From: Thermoproteota archaeon
GTDB taxonomy: Archaea > Korarchaeota > JAOZGF01 > JAOZFZ01
DNA length: 64,000 nt
Assembly: GCA_027492035.1 (NCBI GenBank)
Contig: JAOZFT010000035.1
Span: 85,923 to 149,922, forward strand
Direction: 5' to 3'
The position numbers and the translations under genes are program-made. The notes under the pieces were generated by a model that was given only the letters and a program-made list of their open reading frames with translations, had not been told where the DNA came from and did not search any database. Positions within the stretch are counted from its first letter, which is position 1; the number at the start of each line of letters is the position of its first letter. This document shows positions 20,386-30,350 of the stretch, piece after piece.

Positions 20386-21105
20386 GTGTACGTAATGAAG
20401 TACAAAATAATTGGGGATAATTTGCAAGTTGTTATTTTAGAACTGAACCCAGGTGAGAGAGTAGTTGCAGAGGCTGGAGCATTAAATCATATGAGCGGTA
20501 ACATCAAGCTTGATACAAAAGCTATTGGGGGAATAAAAACAGGTTTAAAAAGACTTTTTGTGCGTGAATCATTTTTTATGACCGTTTTTGAAAGCATAGG
20601 AGGAACAGGTTTAGTTTCTTTTTGTGGGAACGTACCGGGAAAAATAATTCCTTTACAGTTAACTCTTGGTAAGGAATTTATTGTTCAGAAAGATGCTTTC
20701 CTTGTTTCACAAGATACAGTTAACTTAGACATCACCTTTATTAAGAAGTTAGGAGCTGCCTTTTTCGGCGGCGAAGGACTAATACTGGAGAAATTATCAG
20801 GTAACGGATTAGTCTTTCTTCATGCTTGTGGAGACATGGTGGAGTATAACTTGAGGCCTGGAGAAATTTTGAAAGTTGAAACAGGGCACGTTGTAGGTTT
20901 TGATTCAACAGTGGATTATGACATTTCAAGAGTTGGAGGGTTGAAGTCTATGCTCTTTGCCGGTGAAGGGTTGTTCTTAACTACTTTAAAAGGGCCTGGA
21001 AGAGTTATTTTACAATCTCTCAATGTAGCTGATTTAGCTGCTGCTCTAAAGCCATTTCTTCCACGTGAAACCTCAGGTAAAGGGTTTTCAATAAACATAG
21101 GGTGA
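20386..21105 (+). CDS. TIGR00266 / AIM24 family protein
   Basis: YKIIG.NLQ, AEAGAL, ESFF, GGEG and GEGLF..LKGPG.V.LQS motifs. Confidence 0.88.
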   Translation: MYVMKYKIIGDNLQVVILELNPGERVVAEAGALNHMSGNIKLDTKAIGGIKTGLKRLFVRESFFMTVFESIGGTGLVSFCGNVPGKIIPLQLTLGKEFIVQKDAFLVSQDTVNLDITFIKKLGAAFFGGEGLILEKLSGNGLVFLHACGDMVEYNLRPGEILKVETGHVVGFDSTVDYDISRVGGLKSMLFAGEGLFLTTLKGPGRVILQSLNVADLAAALKPFLPRETSGKGFSINIG

Positions 21106-21380
21106 TTTTCCTGGGACTGAAAACTGTAATTTATCTCTTTTTAGCTGCTGCTTTAGCCATTGTTTTCATTACCTTCTTCAGAGAAATAATTCTTTTACTC
21201 GGTTTTGGCTTGATCACTTACTTTGCTGCAGTTATTCTAGTAACTATATTCATAGTATTTATTAAATTACTTATACTTCCTTTTTTCATTGCGAGAAAAA
21301 AGGACATGAAACCTAAACCTGGACTGTACAGTTTAGACATGGTTAAGGAACCCGGCAGAAAGAAAAAAGAAGAAAAATAA
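21102..21380 (+). CDS. Small membrane protein
   Basis: Two hydrophobic helices; 4-nt overlap with the upstream gene. Confidence 0.65.
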   Translation: MIFLGLKTVIYLFLAAALAIVFITFFREIILLLGFGLITYFAAVILVTIFIVFIKLLILPFFIARKKDMKPKPGLYSLDMVKEPGRKKKEEK

Positions 21381-21390
21381 AAAGTTCTTT

Positions 21391-22251
21391 CTATTCCCTT
21401 ACCTTTTTCACTTCGGCCACGAATTCCTTAACCCGGTTTAAATCCACTTGATTTTCTGCAACTCCTCCCTTCTTTAAATACGTTCCAACAATAACTCCGT
21501 CTATTCCTGCTTTAAAAAAATCTTTAATGTTTTCCTTTGTTGCACCGCTTCCCAATAACAAAGGAGTTTCTCCAGCGTATTTCTTTGCTTCTTTAACCTT
21601 TGAAATGTCAGGAGCTTTACCTGTCATTTTTCCAGACACTATTAAAGCATCAGCCAAATAAAACTTGGTCCATTCTATATGCGTAGCTAAATCTATGCCT
21701 GGAAACATAACTGCATGTTTTTTTTGGACGTCTGCAAAAATTTTTATGTGTTCCGCCCCTAACTGCTTCCTCACCCTTAAAAGTTCAGCTGCACAGCCAT
21801 GGTCGAATTCACCAGTATCCCATACTTGAGCCCCTGTTAAAAGACACACCCTTATAAACTGTGCACCTGCCGCTACAGCTATAGCTAAGCAGACTCTTCC
21901 TCCATTATGGACGACATTTATTCCAACTGGTACATCAGCGGTTTTGACAATTTCTCTTGCCGCTACAGCTTGTGCAGTCATCTCTTCAGGTGGTACATTT
22001 CTTCCAACAAAGTAAGGTAAGTCCCACATGTTCTCCACAATTAATCCATCAACACCTCCCTCTAAAAGGGTTTCAGCATCTTTCAAGGCTGCATCAATTA
22101 TTTTATCCATGCCATAGAAGTCGTATCCAGGTGAACCAGGTAAAGGTAGAAGATGAACCATGCCTATAACCGGCTTAGGTGTTTTGAAAAGCTCCTCTAA
22201 ACTTTTCAGTTTCTTCTGGTTTAACTTAACTCTCCATTCTGGAAGAGACAT
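21391..22251 (-). CDS. BtpA/SgcQ family protein
   Basis: IGMVHLLPLPGSP, VENMWDLPY, GINV, FIRV and ADVQKKH motifs. Confidence 0.9.
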   Translation of the reverse strand: MSLPEWRVKLNQKKLKSLEELFKTPKPVIGMVHLLPLPGSPGYDFYGMDKIIDAALKDAETLLEGGVDGLIVENMWDLPYFVGRNVPPEEMTAQAVAAREIVKTADVPVGINVVHNGGRVCLAIAVAAGAQFIRVCLLTGAQVWDTGEFDHGCAAELLRVRKQLGAEHIKIFADVQKKHAVMFPGIDLATHIEWTKFYLADALIVSGKMTGKAPDISKVKEAKKYAGETPLLLGSGATKENIKDFFKAGIDGVIVGTYLKKGGVAENQVDLNRVKEFVAEVKKVRE

Positions 22252-22504
22252 AAGGGAAACACCTCCATATCTCTTCTATCTTCCAAACTACCTTATTATT
22301 TAAAACTTCCCTTTCAATCTAGAAAAGGAAAACGAGTTGGCAAAAATGTTTAACCACACCAAAAAATAAATGGAAATCACTCGATGAATATCTATAAATT
22401 TTACACGCTGTTTCACTTACTTAGGTAGCAACACTTGTAAAAATTTCCCTTTACAATACCCTCCAGAAATGCAGAGACCTAAAGTATTTCTTCAAAATAT
22501 CTTT

Positions 22505-23269
22505 TTATTTAAAACCTTCAAGAAAAGCTTTAACGTTTTTACCTAGTACTGACTTGTTATACCCACCCTCTAAAGCTGCGTACCTCCTCCCTTTACCTTT
22601 GCTCTCTGAAAACTCCTTTATTAATTCTCCAATAACTTTATAATCCTCTGTTTTAAGTACGCCTCCCCAGTCCTTCTCATGCCTGTCAAAACCTGCAGAA
22701 ACAGCTACAATGTCTACTTTCCTCATTTCTTCTAAAAACCTAGTTAACTTCCTTATTGTTTCTTCACGGTCTTTATCAGGGACATGAAAATACTTAACTT
22801 CCGGTACTTGCTTAAAAATTGAATCTGTACCGTCTCCAAAATGTAAATCAAAATCTACTATTAAAGCATTTTTTATTTTGTTTTCTTTTCTAAGTTTCTC
22901 TATTGAAACTGCTATGTTGTTAAAGAAACAGAAACCCCAATTATAATTGGCACTTGCATGATGGCCAGGAGGCCTCACTAAGGCAAAAACAGTTTCTCCA
23001 TTTAAAGCCATGGTTGAAGCTTTAACTGTTCCACCTGCAGCTAAAACAGCTACTTCATAAAGTACTTCATCCTTTTTAACTGAAGCTATGAGTTCCTTGG
23101 TGTGGACAAATTCAAGAAATTTTTCAGGTAGAGGTTCAGGTTCAACAAATTCAAACTCATCCTTCAAAACATTGTAAATAGACTCCATTCTTCCAGGTTC
23201 AGCGGCAGGATCTGAAGCATATACAGTAAAAAATTTCTTGGAAAAAATAATTTTCAATTTATTCATCAC
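22505..23269 (-). CDS. Histone deacetylase family protein (short form)
   Basis: RPPGHHA, GFCFFNN, DFDLHFGDGT, SAGFD and EGGY motifs. Confidence 0.9.
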   Translation of the reverse strand: MMNKLKIIFSKKFFTVYASDPAAEPGRMESIYNVLKDEFEFVEPEPLPEKFLEFVHTKELIASVKKDEVLYEVAVLAAGGTVKASTMALNGETVFALVRPPGHHASANYNWGFCFFNNIAVSIEKLRKENKIKNALIVDFDLHFGDGTDSIFKQVPEVKYFHVPDKDREETIRKLTRFLEEMRKVDIVAVSAGFDRHEKDWGGVLKTEDYKVIGELIKEFSESKGKGRRYAALEGGYNKSVLGKNVKAFLEGFK

Positions 23270-23433
23270 CTTTCAATGAATCTTAGCATGTTATCTCCTT
23301 GACAGGTTTTTAAAGGCTATCAAGGAACCTGAAACTCTTTTATCTACTTGCTCACTGAAAATTTTAAAATATCTGTCATAGGTTAAACTTTCCATATTAA
23401 ACTTTTCAAAAACTACTGGGAGGTGTTTTTGTT

Positions 23434-24003
23434 ATGACTGTTATTTCAGGTAGCCAAGCTGAACTCGAAAACATTTTACAAGTTGCTAAAGCAATGTGTG
23501 TAGCTGCTAGAACAGCTCCTAAAGCGAAAGGTGTAGACACCGTAATTACAGCCATAGTTTACGGTAATGATTTAACAAAGTTAGCAGACGAAATGGAAAA
23601 ATACAGTGGAAAATGGAGTTTTTTCTCCAGGGATGCTAAGAATGTACGAAGCTCAGCAGCTGTAGTTCTCATAGGTATTAAATCTAAAGGTCCCTCAGGC
23701 TTAGACTGTGGAGGCTGCGGCTGCAGTTCTTGTCAAGAGTTCAGTGACATGGAAAAGAATGAAGGATTAGCTTACACAGGTCCAAACTGTGTGTTTGACT
23801 TACTTAATCTCGGAATAGCTATTGGATCCTCCGTTAAAATAGCCAGTGACCACTGTGTAGATAACAGGGTAATGTTCTCTGTAGGTGCGGCTGCGAAAAA
23901 GGCAGGTTTAATTGAAGCAGATGTGGTTTTAGGAATTCCCCTGTCAGCCACAGGAAAAAGTATTTACTTCGACAGGGGAAGGGTAACAGCTCCCTCTCTT
24001 TAA
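23434..24003 (+). CDS. Ferredoxin-like domain protein (DUF2148 family)
   Basis: AARTAPKAKG, LDCGGCGCSSC, LGIAIGS, DNRVMFSVG and KSIYFDR motifs. Confidence 0.82.
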   Translation: MTVISGSQAELENILQVAKAMCVAARTAPKAKGVDTVITAIVYGNDLTKLADEMEKYSGKWSFFSRDAKNVRSSAAVVLIGIKSKGPSGLDCGGCGCSSCQEFSDMEKNEGLAYTGPNCVFDLLNLGIAIGSSVKIASDHCVDNRVMFSVGAAAKKAGLIEADVVLGIPLSATGKSIYFDRGRVTAPSL

Positions 24004-24048
24004 AAACTCCTTTTTTAAACAGATTTCGATCTCCTTCAGCAAAAGAGG

Positions 24049-25122
24049 GTGCTACCTTTCAACAGTTTAAAAAATTTAAAGGAAGTAGGAATGACCACCC
24101 TTATTCTACTTGCAGGTGGTGAAAGCAAAAGGTTCCATGAACCTAATAAACCTAAAATTGACAAAGCCCTGCTTAAAGTAGGAAATAAAAGGTTTTTAGA
24201 GAGAATAATTGAAAATGTAGGCCGGGAAGTTGAAGAGATTATTGTGACGGTTAATACTGAAGAGAGGAAGAGACTATATGAAAAGGTTTTATGGCACTTA
24301 AGCAGCAAATTTGAAATCAAAATTTTGAAAGATGCGAAATCTCAAATTAAAGGCCCGTTAAACGGAATAAGGACAGGTCTAGAGTATTCTGAAGGGTCGC
24401 TATGTTTAACTCTGCCTGTTGATGTACCCTTTATTAAACCTGAAGTTGTGAGGGAAATCTTAAAGGAAGCTGTTAAATGGGAAACCACAACACTAATTTG
24501 GCCAAATGGGGGCATTGAACCCTTAATAGCGACTTATAAAAGGGAATATGCTGTGAAAGCATCTAAAATACTTTTATCTTTCAAAAGGTCAAGACCTGAC
24601 GACTTAGTAAGGGCTGCGTCTGACACCTTCTTTTTAAACGTAAATGCTTTGAGGAAGTTTGATCCAGAACTAGAAAGTTTCAGAAACATAAATTCACTTA
24701 AAGACTTGATTAAGAAGGATGGAAGGAAATGGCAGGAAGGGGAACTAAAGAATTCGGTACTTATAAAAGCTGAAGAAAAAATTTTCCATGGGAGCCACTT
24801 GTTTAACAAGGAGGAACTAATTCTTTTAAACAACACTTTCTTCCCAGGTGAGAGAAAAAGAAACTTTTTCTGGGTTGGTTTAATTTCAAACTTTTTTGGT
24901 GAAAAAACCAAAAAGAGGGAAGTTGCAGAAGAATTTTTAAAAGAAGCTTATGAAGCATTTACTAAAGAAAGAATGCTCTATATAAATAAAAAAGTGTATT
25001 TTCTAGCTTTCCACTCAGGAATTGATGCGTCAAAGTGCTACATGAAAATTTTTCGGGGAGAAAAGAATAAAGAATTAGAGAGGGAAATAAGTTTTTTTGC
25101 AAGCAAATTCAAAAACATTTGA
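24049..25122 (+). CDS. mobA: Molybdenum cofactor guanylyltransferase MobA with C-terminal extension
   Basis: LAGGESKRF, DKAL, GPLNGI, PVDVPF, EPL and FRNINS motifs; ATG at MTTLILLAGG is the likelier start. Confidence 0.78.
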   Translation: MLPFNSLKNLKEVGMTTLILLAGGESKRFHEPNKPKIDKALLKVGNKRFLERIIENVGREVEEIIVTVNTEERKRLYEKVLWHLSSKFEIKILKDAKSQIKGPLNGIRTGLEYSEGSLCLTLPVDVPFIKPEVVREILKEAVKWETTTLIWPNGGIEPLIATYKREYAVKASKILLSFKRSRPDDLVRAASDTFFLNVNALRKFDPELESFRNINSLKDLIKKDGRKWQEGELKNSVLIKAEEKIFHGSHLFNKEELILLNNTFFPGERKRNFFWVGLISNFFGEKTKKREVAEEFLKEAYEAFTKERMLYINKKVYFLAFHSGIDASKCYMKIFRGEKNKELEREISFFASKFKNI

Positions 25123-25191
25123 GCCTTTTTCTTTACTTTGTCTAAAAAATTAACCTTAAAAACTAAAATTGTTTTTTTCGGTAACTAAAAA

Positions 25192-25497
25192 TTATCCCTC
25201 TGAATCCTTTAAAGTTAACTCCTTTATTTTTATTTTCCCCCCTTCCTCGTAGGCAAAAATGGGTTTACCATCTATTTCCGCTGCTTTTTTAACTAAAGAA
25301 TTAATTTCGTTTCCTGATAAATAATTTCTTTTCTTGCAAGTCACTAACAATTTTTCATTTTTACTTAAAGCGACTAAGTCAGCCACTCCTTTACTGCCTG
25401 CACTTCTAACAACGAAATACCCCCTTTTTTCAAGAAAAGATTTAACTCTCCTTTCAAAATCTGCACCCTTCCTTTTAAGGTTCCTCCTACCATTCAT
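25192..25497 (-). CDS. Hjc-like Holliday-junction resolvase / PD-(D/E)XK nuclease
   Basis: KG.DFER...L...GYFVVRSAGS...DLVA...CK pattern. Confidence 0.75.
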   Translation of the reverse strand: MNGRRNLKRKGADFERRVKSFLEKRGYFVVRSAGSKGVADLVALSKNEKLLVTCKKRNYLSGNEINSLVKKAAEIDGKPIFAYEEGGKIKIKELTLKDSEG

Positions 25498-25671
25498 TTC
25501 TACTCAACATTCTCCCCACAAACTTCATTATTCCTTTTTCTCAATAAAAATTTTTCAACGTCATTCTTTAAAAATTTTAAAACAAAGAAAAAAAATAAGG
25601 TAATGATGTAAAGGTTTAACAAATCAAAAATAAGCTTCTTTTCCAAAACCTTATCTAGGGGTAGCAATTCC

Positions 25672-26457
25672 ATGCTAAGGAATTTAATAATTTTTAAGAT
25701 AGGTGGTTCAGTTATAACCTTTAAAGACAGTTTAAAACCTAAACCAAACCTAAAAAACATTAGATTATTGGCTGAAGAGATTTCCAGAGTTAAGGAAGGT
25801 TTAAATCTGGTGCTAGTTCACGGAGCAGGTTCATATGGACACCCAATAGTGCAGAAAACAGGGATACATAAAGGAATAAAGAATAAAGCTCAGCTTCTAG
25901 CTTTTGCTGAAACCCAAAAACTGCAGAATGAACTAAACCTTCTAGTGACAAAAAACCTAATAAAAAAGGGGTTGCCTGCCACCCCTTTTCAAGCTAATAC
26001 TTGTGCAATACTTGAGAAGGGAAGGGTGAAAAGTTTCTTTTTGGAAACAATTAAGGGATTTCTGAAAATGCATTTAATTCCGGTTCTTTACGGTGTACCA
26101 GCCTACGATGTCAATCAAGGATGCAGCATTCTCTCTGGTGACCAAATAGTTTCTTTTCTAGCACGAAAACTTGAACCTAAACTCCTTCTTTTCGGTGTAA
26201 ACGTTGATGGGTTAATTGGAGAAAATTCACAAGTAATAAAGAAGGTAACTGATATTAAGCAAGTAATACATTACATAAGAAAAACCTCCTATCTAGACGT
26301 AACTGGTGGAATGGAAGGTAAATTGAAGGAAATTATTGATTTAAAAATAGAAACCAGAATTTTCAATGCAACAATTCCAGGAAACATAGAAAAGGCTTTG
26401 AAAGGGGAAGAAATAGGGACAACAATAAATCCATGTTCTACATTAATCAATAGTTGA
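25672..26457 (+). CDS. Isopentenyl phosphate kinase
   Basis: KIGGSVIT.K, VHGAGSYGH, ILSGD and DVTGGMEGK motifs. Confidence 0.88.
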   Translation: MLRNLIIFKIGGSVITFKDSLKPKPNLKNIRLLAEEISRVKEGLNLVLVHGAGSYGHPIVQKTGIHKGIKNKAQLLAFAETQKLQNELNLLVTKNLIKKGLPATPFQANTCAILEKGRVKSFFLETIKGFLKMHLIPVLYGVPAYDVNQGCSILSGDQIVSFLARKLEPKLLLFGVNVDGLIGENSQVIKKVTDIKQVIHYIRKTSYLDVTGGMEGKLKEIIDLKIETRIFNATIPGNIEKALKGEEIGTTINPCSTLINS

Positions 26458-26773
26458 AAATTTTAACTTTCGGGAATTTATATTAATTGGTTGTATAGTC
26501 CATGGAAAAATATAAGAAAGGAAGAAGTGAACAATGAGACTTGGATGAAAGAGTAAAGGAAATATATAAAAAAAGTAAGGAAGTAATATTACATTACAGT
26601 ACGCTTCTTCGTCCTTATTTGTCAAAGAAGACATGAATAAATCCATGTTGGGGGGACTAAAAAACGTACAGCAACTACTATAAGTTCGGGAAAGATGATG
26701 GAGGTTTTAGAAAAAGGTCTAGAAATAGCTCTCAATTTTTTAGGAAAATTACCCTACTTTTGAGGTTTTTCCC

Positions 26774-28150
26774 ATGGATTTTGATGAAGTTTTAAAGTTC
26801 TACTCAAACCCTTTGGTTCAAAAAGAAATTGTAGATTACAGTAATAAACGCTGGGTAGCTGTTGAATGCGAACCTAAGGAAGGAAGAAGAATATTTCTAA
26901 GGTATTGGGGACGCCAAGGCCCGCCTCTACATATTTCTAAAACTGAAGACTTAACAAGTTTAATTAATAGATTTAAAGGGTTGAGGCCAAGGACATTCTA
27001 TGCTTCAGTTAATCTCTACTCAAGGCTTAAATCGGTTGAGGACACTGAAAACTTGGACAACATCCTCTATTCTTCCCCCATATGGGACATTGATGGTTCA
27101 CCTGACTACTACAAAGAAACTTTAGAGATAGCAGAGTTGATTACTAATTTCCTAAAGGAAGAAGGAGTCCATAAATCAGTTTTCCTAAAATGGTCAGGTA
27201 GAGGGGTACATGTCCACATCCACGAAAAAGCCTTCTCGAAAGAAACAATTTCTTCGCATAATCCTTTAGATATAGCTTACTCCGTTGTTGAGTACGTTAA
27301 CAGAGTACTTTATGACGAACTAAAGGAGAAAATAACTAAATTTGAAGCTGAAAACCATCCAATAAATGTTGAAAACAAAATAGATCTAAAAAGGGTTTTT
27401 ACGTCTCCCCTATCCTTACATCGTGAAGTTGGCTTTTGCTGCGTCTGTTTTAAACCTGAAAAAATTCATAAATTTAAAATTGACTGGGCTAAACCGCAAA
27501 CTTTCAAGCATGACCAAAACTGGAGAACATACGAGGAAGGAGAAGCTGATGAATTAGCTGTTAAAGCTTTAAAGGAGATAGGGGGCTACAACTGGCCTGG
27601 TTCCAAGAGGAAAACCGGATTAACAGCCACTGTTTTCCCTACAAGGAAAAAAACAGAAACTGTTAAAACACATAAACTTGGCAGGTTTCAAGTAATGGCC
27701 CTGCTTCAGGCTGCAAGATACTACCTCCTAACTAAAGACTTAGAAAAAGCTAAATCCTTCGGCCTAAACAGGGCAATTTTTTACGCTTGGGCTAAAAGGA
27801 AGGGCATTGGTCGTGTCCCTTCAAGGAAAAAGAAAGAAATAGTGGAAAAAGGGGAAGTAACTAAAGAAGTGAGGGAAGGTAAAACCCTTGTCTACCTAGG
27901 AAATGAAGGTGCCTTTGTTTCCAAGGAAGGCTGGTTCACCATAGGAAACACGTTACAAACCCCTAATGATTACAGTAGAGAAATAGAACATAAAATAAGT
28001 TTAGTTATCCCCTACAGTACAGCTTGGGAAGCAGCTATCAATTATCTTAAAAAATTCCCGAAAGAAGTTTTACTCAGTCAATCAAAATTCTTCAGCAAAG
28101 CTTATAAACCAATAAGAGACAGTTTCCTTGAACTAGTTCAAACATCATGA
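26774..28150 (+). CDS. Archaeo-eukaryotic primase (AEP) superfamily protein with unassigned C-terminal domain
   Basis: Motif I WDID, motif II WSGRGVHVH, motif III region KID..RVFTSPLSLH. Confidence 0.72.
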   Translation: MDFDEVLKFYSNPLVQKEIVDYSNKRWVAVECEPKEGRRIFLRYWGRQGPPLHISKTEDLTSLINRFKGLRPRTFYASVNLYSRLKSVEDTENLDNILYSSPIWDIDGSPDYYKETLEIAELITNFLKEEGVHKSVFLKWSGRGVHVHIHEKAFSKETISSHNPLDIAYSVVEYVNRVLYDELKEKITKFEAENHPINVENKIDLKRVFTSPLSLHREVGFCCVCFKPEKIHKFKIDWAKPQTFKHDQNWRTYEEGEADELAVKALKEIGGYNWPGSKRKTGLTATVFPTRKKTETVKTHKLGRFQVMALLQAARYYLLTKDLEKAKSFGLNRAIFYAWAKRKGIGRVPSRKKKEIVEKGEVTKEVREGKTLVYLGNEGAFVSKEGWFTIGNTLQTPNDYSREIEHKISLVIPYSTAWEAAINYLKKFPKEVLLSQSKFFSKAYKPIRDSFLELVQTS

Positions 28151-28338
28151 AGTTTAAATCCTTCCAAGTCTTCACTTCTAAAAAACTCTTTCACCCAAAC
28201 TTTTTATTTTAAACATATAGAGACACTAACTCTTTAAAAAAAGGTAAAAGGTACATCCTGATGAGAAGTAAATCATGTTTGAAAAGCTCCTCCCCTAAAA
28301 TAAATTAGTGGAGGAACCTGTAGAGGCACTGAAGAAAA

Positions 28339-30090
28339 TTGAAGAGCCAAAAAAAACTTTTAAATCATTTACATTTCTTTAAAATATCACGGAACTACTT
28401 AAAAAGATTTGAAGTAAGTCTACTGATCCTAGCGGCTTTAACAGGTATTGGAGGAGGATTTGGAGCAGTTATTTTCCGTTTACTCATTACAGGCTTTACA
28501 ACCCTTTCATTTCAACATGGCAGTAAAATACTGAACTTTCTAGGAAATTATTACATCATCTTTATTCCTGCAATAGGTGGTATGGTTGTAGGATTCCTTG
28601 TAAATCGTTTCGCAAGAGAAACTAAAGGACATGGGGTACCAGAAGTAATGGAATCCATCATGTTGAAAGGTGGAAAAATAAGGCCAAGGGTTGCAATAAT
28701 AAAGTCCCTTGCCTCCTCTATTTGTATAGGTTCTGGTGGTTCCGTAGGCAGGGAAGGGCCAATTGTACAAATAGGTTCAGCGATAGGTTCAACGCTGGGT
28801 CAAATATTTAAGTTAGGTGAGGAGCAAGTGAGGAACCTAGTTGCCTGTGGGGCTGCTGCTGGAATTGCAGCAACTTTTAATGCACCAATTGGGGGTGTGC
28901 TTTTCGCCTCAGAGGTAATACTTGGTGAATTTGCTACTACAACCTTTATAACTATCGTGATTTCCTCAGTAAGTGCAACCATTATTTCAAGGATATTTCT
29001 AGGAAACAAAGTTTCTTTCCTTATTCCAGCTTATTCTTTTGTAAACCCTATTGAAATACTTTTTTATGTGATATTAGGTGTTTTAGCAGCTTTTATAGGT
29101 CTGTTATTCACTAAATTACTATATAAAGTTGAAGATGGTTTTAATTTGTTGAAAATATCGGACTACCTGAAACCAGTCATTGGTGGGTTAACAATCGGTA
29201 TCATAGGTTTCTTCTTTCCACAAATTTTCGGTGTAGGTTATGAAACAATAGAACTTGCCCTTGCAGAAAAACTTGCTTTAGGCACAGTAATCTCACTCAT
29301 GTTTCTCAAATTATTAGCTACTTCAATCACTCTTGGATCAGGTGGTTCAGGCGGAATATTTGCACCCTCTTTGGTTATAGGTTCAATGCTTGGCAACTTC
29401 TTCGGCACCTTCATCCACTCTGCATTTCCGGAAATAACTGCGTCTCCAGGGGCGTATGCACTGGTTAGTATGGCTGCTCTTTTTTCAGCAGCTGCTCATG
29501 CCCCCATAACAGCTATAATAATTCTGTTTGAAATGACAGGGGATTACAAAATTATTTTGCCTTTGATGGCAACCTGTGTAATTGCAACCCTAATAACTAG
29601 AAGAATGTCAGAAGGAAACATTTACACTTTGAAACTTATAAGGAGAGGAATCCATATATTAGATGGAATGAGTCTTAAAGTGAGGAAAACTTTAACAGCT
29701 TTCAAAATAAAAGATATAATGACAAAAGATGTGGTCTCAGTAACACCCAACTTATCTCTTGAAAGAATTTACAGCTTAATCTTGAAAACCGACCACCATG
29801 GTTTCCCAGTTATTGAAAATGGTAAATTAGTTGGCCTAATTACAGTTCATGACCTTGTAAAGGTTCCTAAGGAGAAATGGGGAAAAATGAAAGTAAAGGA
29901 CGCTATGGTTAAACATGTTGAAACAATCTCAACTGAAAATTCACTTTATGACGCAATACGTTTAACGACGAAGAAAGGGGTTGGTAGATTAATTGTTGTT
30001 TCTAAGGATGACCCTAACAAAGTGGTAGGCATAATAACTAAAACAGACTTGGTGAAGGCTTATAATACAGCTCTTCTAGTTACATACTGA
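28339..30090 (+). CDS. CLC chloride channel/transporter with CBS pair
   Basis: GHGVP, GSVGREGP, FNAPIGG, GSGGIFAP; C-terminal CBS domains. Confidence 0.93.
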   Translation: MKSQKKLLNHLHFFKISRNYLKRFEVSLLILAALTGIGGGFGAVIFRLLITGFTTLSFQHGSKILNFLGNYYIIFIPAIGGMVVGFLVNRFARETKGHGVPEVMESIMLKGGKIRPRVAIIKSLASSICIGSGGSVGREGPIVQIGSAIGSTLGQIFKLGEEQVRNLVACGAAAGIAATFNAPIGGVLFASEVILGEFATTTFITIVISSVSATIISRIFLGNKVSFLIPAYSFVNPIEILFYVILGVLAAFIGLLFTKLLYKVEDGFNLLKISDYLKPVIGGLTIGIIGFFFPQIFGVGYETIELALAEKLALGTVISLMFLKLLATSITLGSGGSGGIFAPSLVIGSMLGNFFGTFIHSAFPEITASPGAYALVSMAALFSAAAHAPITAIIILFEMTGDYKIILPLMATCVIATLITRRMSEGNIYTLKLIRRGIHILDGMSLKVRKTLTAFKIKDIMTKDVVSVTPNLSLERIYSLILKTDHHGFPVIENGKLVGLITVHDLVKVPKEKWGKMKVKDAMVKHVETISTENSLYDAIRLTTKKGVGRLIVVSKDDPNKVVGIITKTDLVKAYNTALLVTY

Positions 30091-30350
30091 AAAAGAATTT
30101 TTTACATGAATCTCGTCTGAAATACAACAAACGGTTCCTCCTTTTTTAATTTATTTTCAAAAATAGGTTTGAAATATATAATTTTTTTACATATAAAATT
30201 AAAAAAAGAAATTTTCTTAAATATCTTTGGTCCTTCACATGTTTTTTCATAAATTTTTCAAAGGTAGCAAGGAGGAAAAGTGAAGCCTTTCTTCTGACTT
30301 TCCTAAAAACTAAGTAAAAAGGGTGTAGCAAAACGTTCATCTATAAAAAA

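Noticed and set aside
26560-26763. Possible pyrrolidone-carboxylate peptidase C-terminal remnant (IHV...MEVLEKGLEIAL)
   Set aside because: Similarity is too short and weak to support without a search.
26774-28150. AEP gene as marker of an integrated plasmid or provirus
   Set aside because: No integrase, helicase, capsid or att repeats nearby; neighbours are housekeeping genes with the same composition.
28250-28330. Fluoride riboswitch or hammerhead upstream of the CLC genes (CTGATGAG present)
   Set aside because: The required stems and remaining consensus could not be built, and the CLCs lack the Fluc/CLC-F type GNNLI/GREGT signatures.
28310-30141. GGAGGAACC / GGTTCCTCC inverted pair flanking the first CLC gene
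   Set aside because: Only 9 bp, no transposase or target duplication; compatible with chance.
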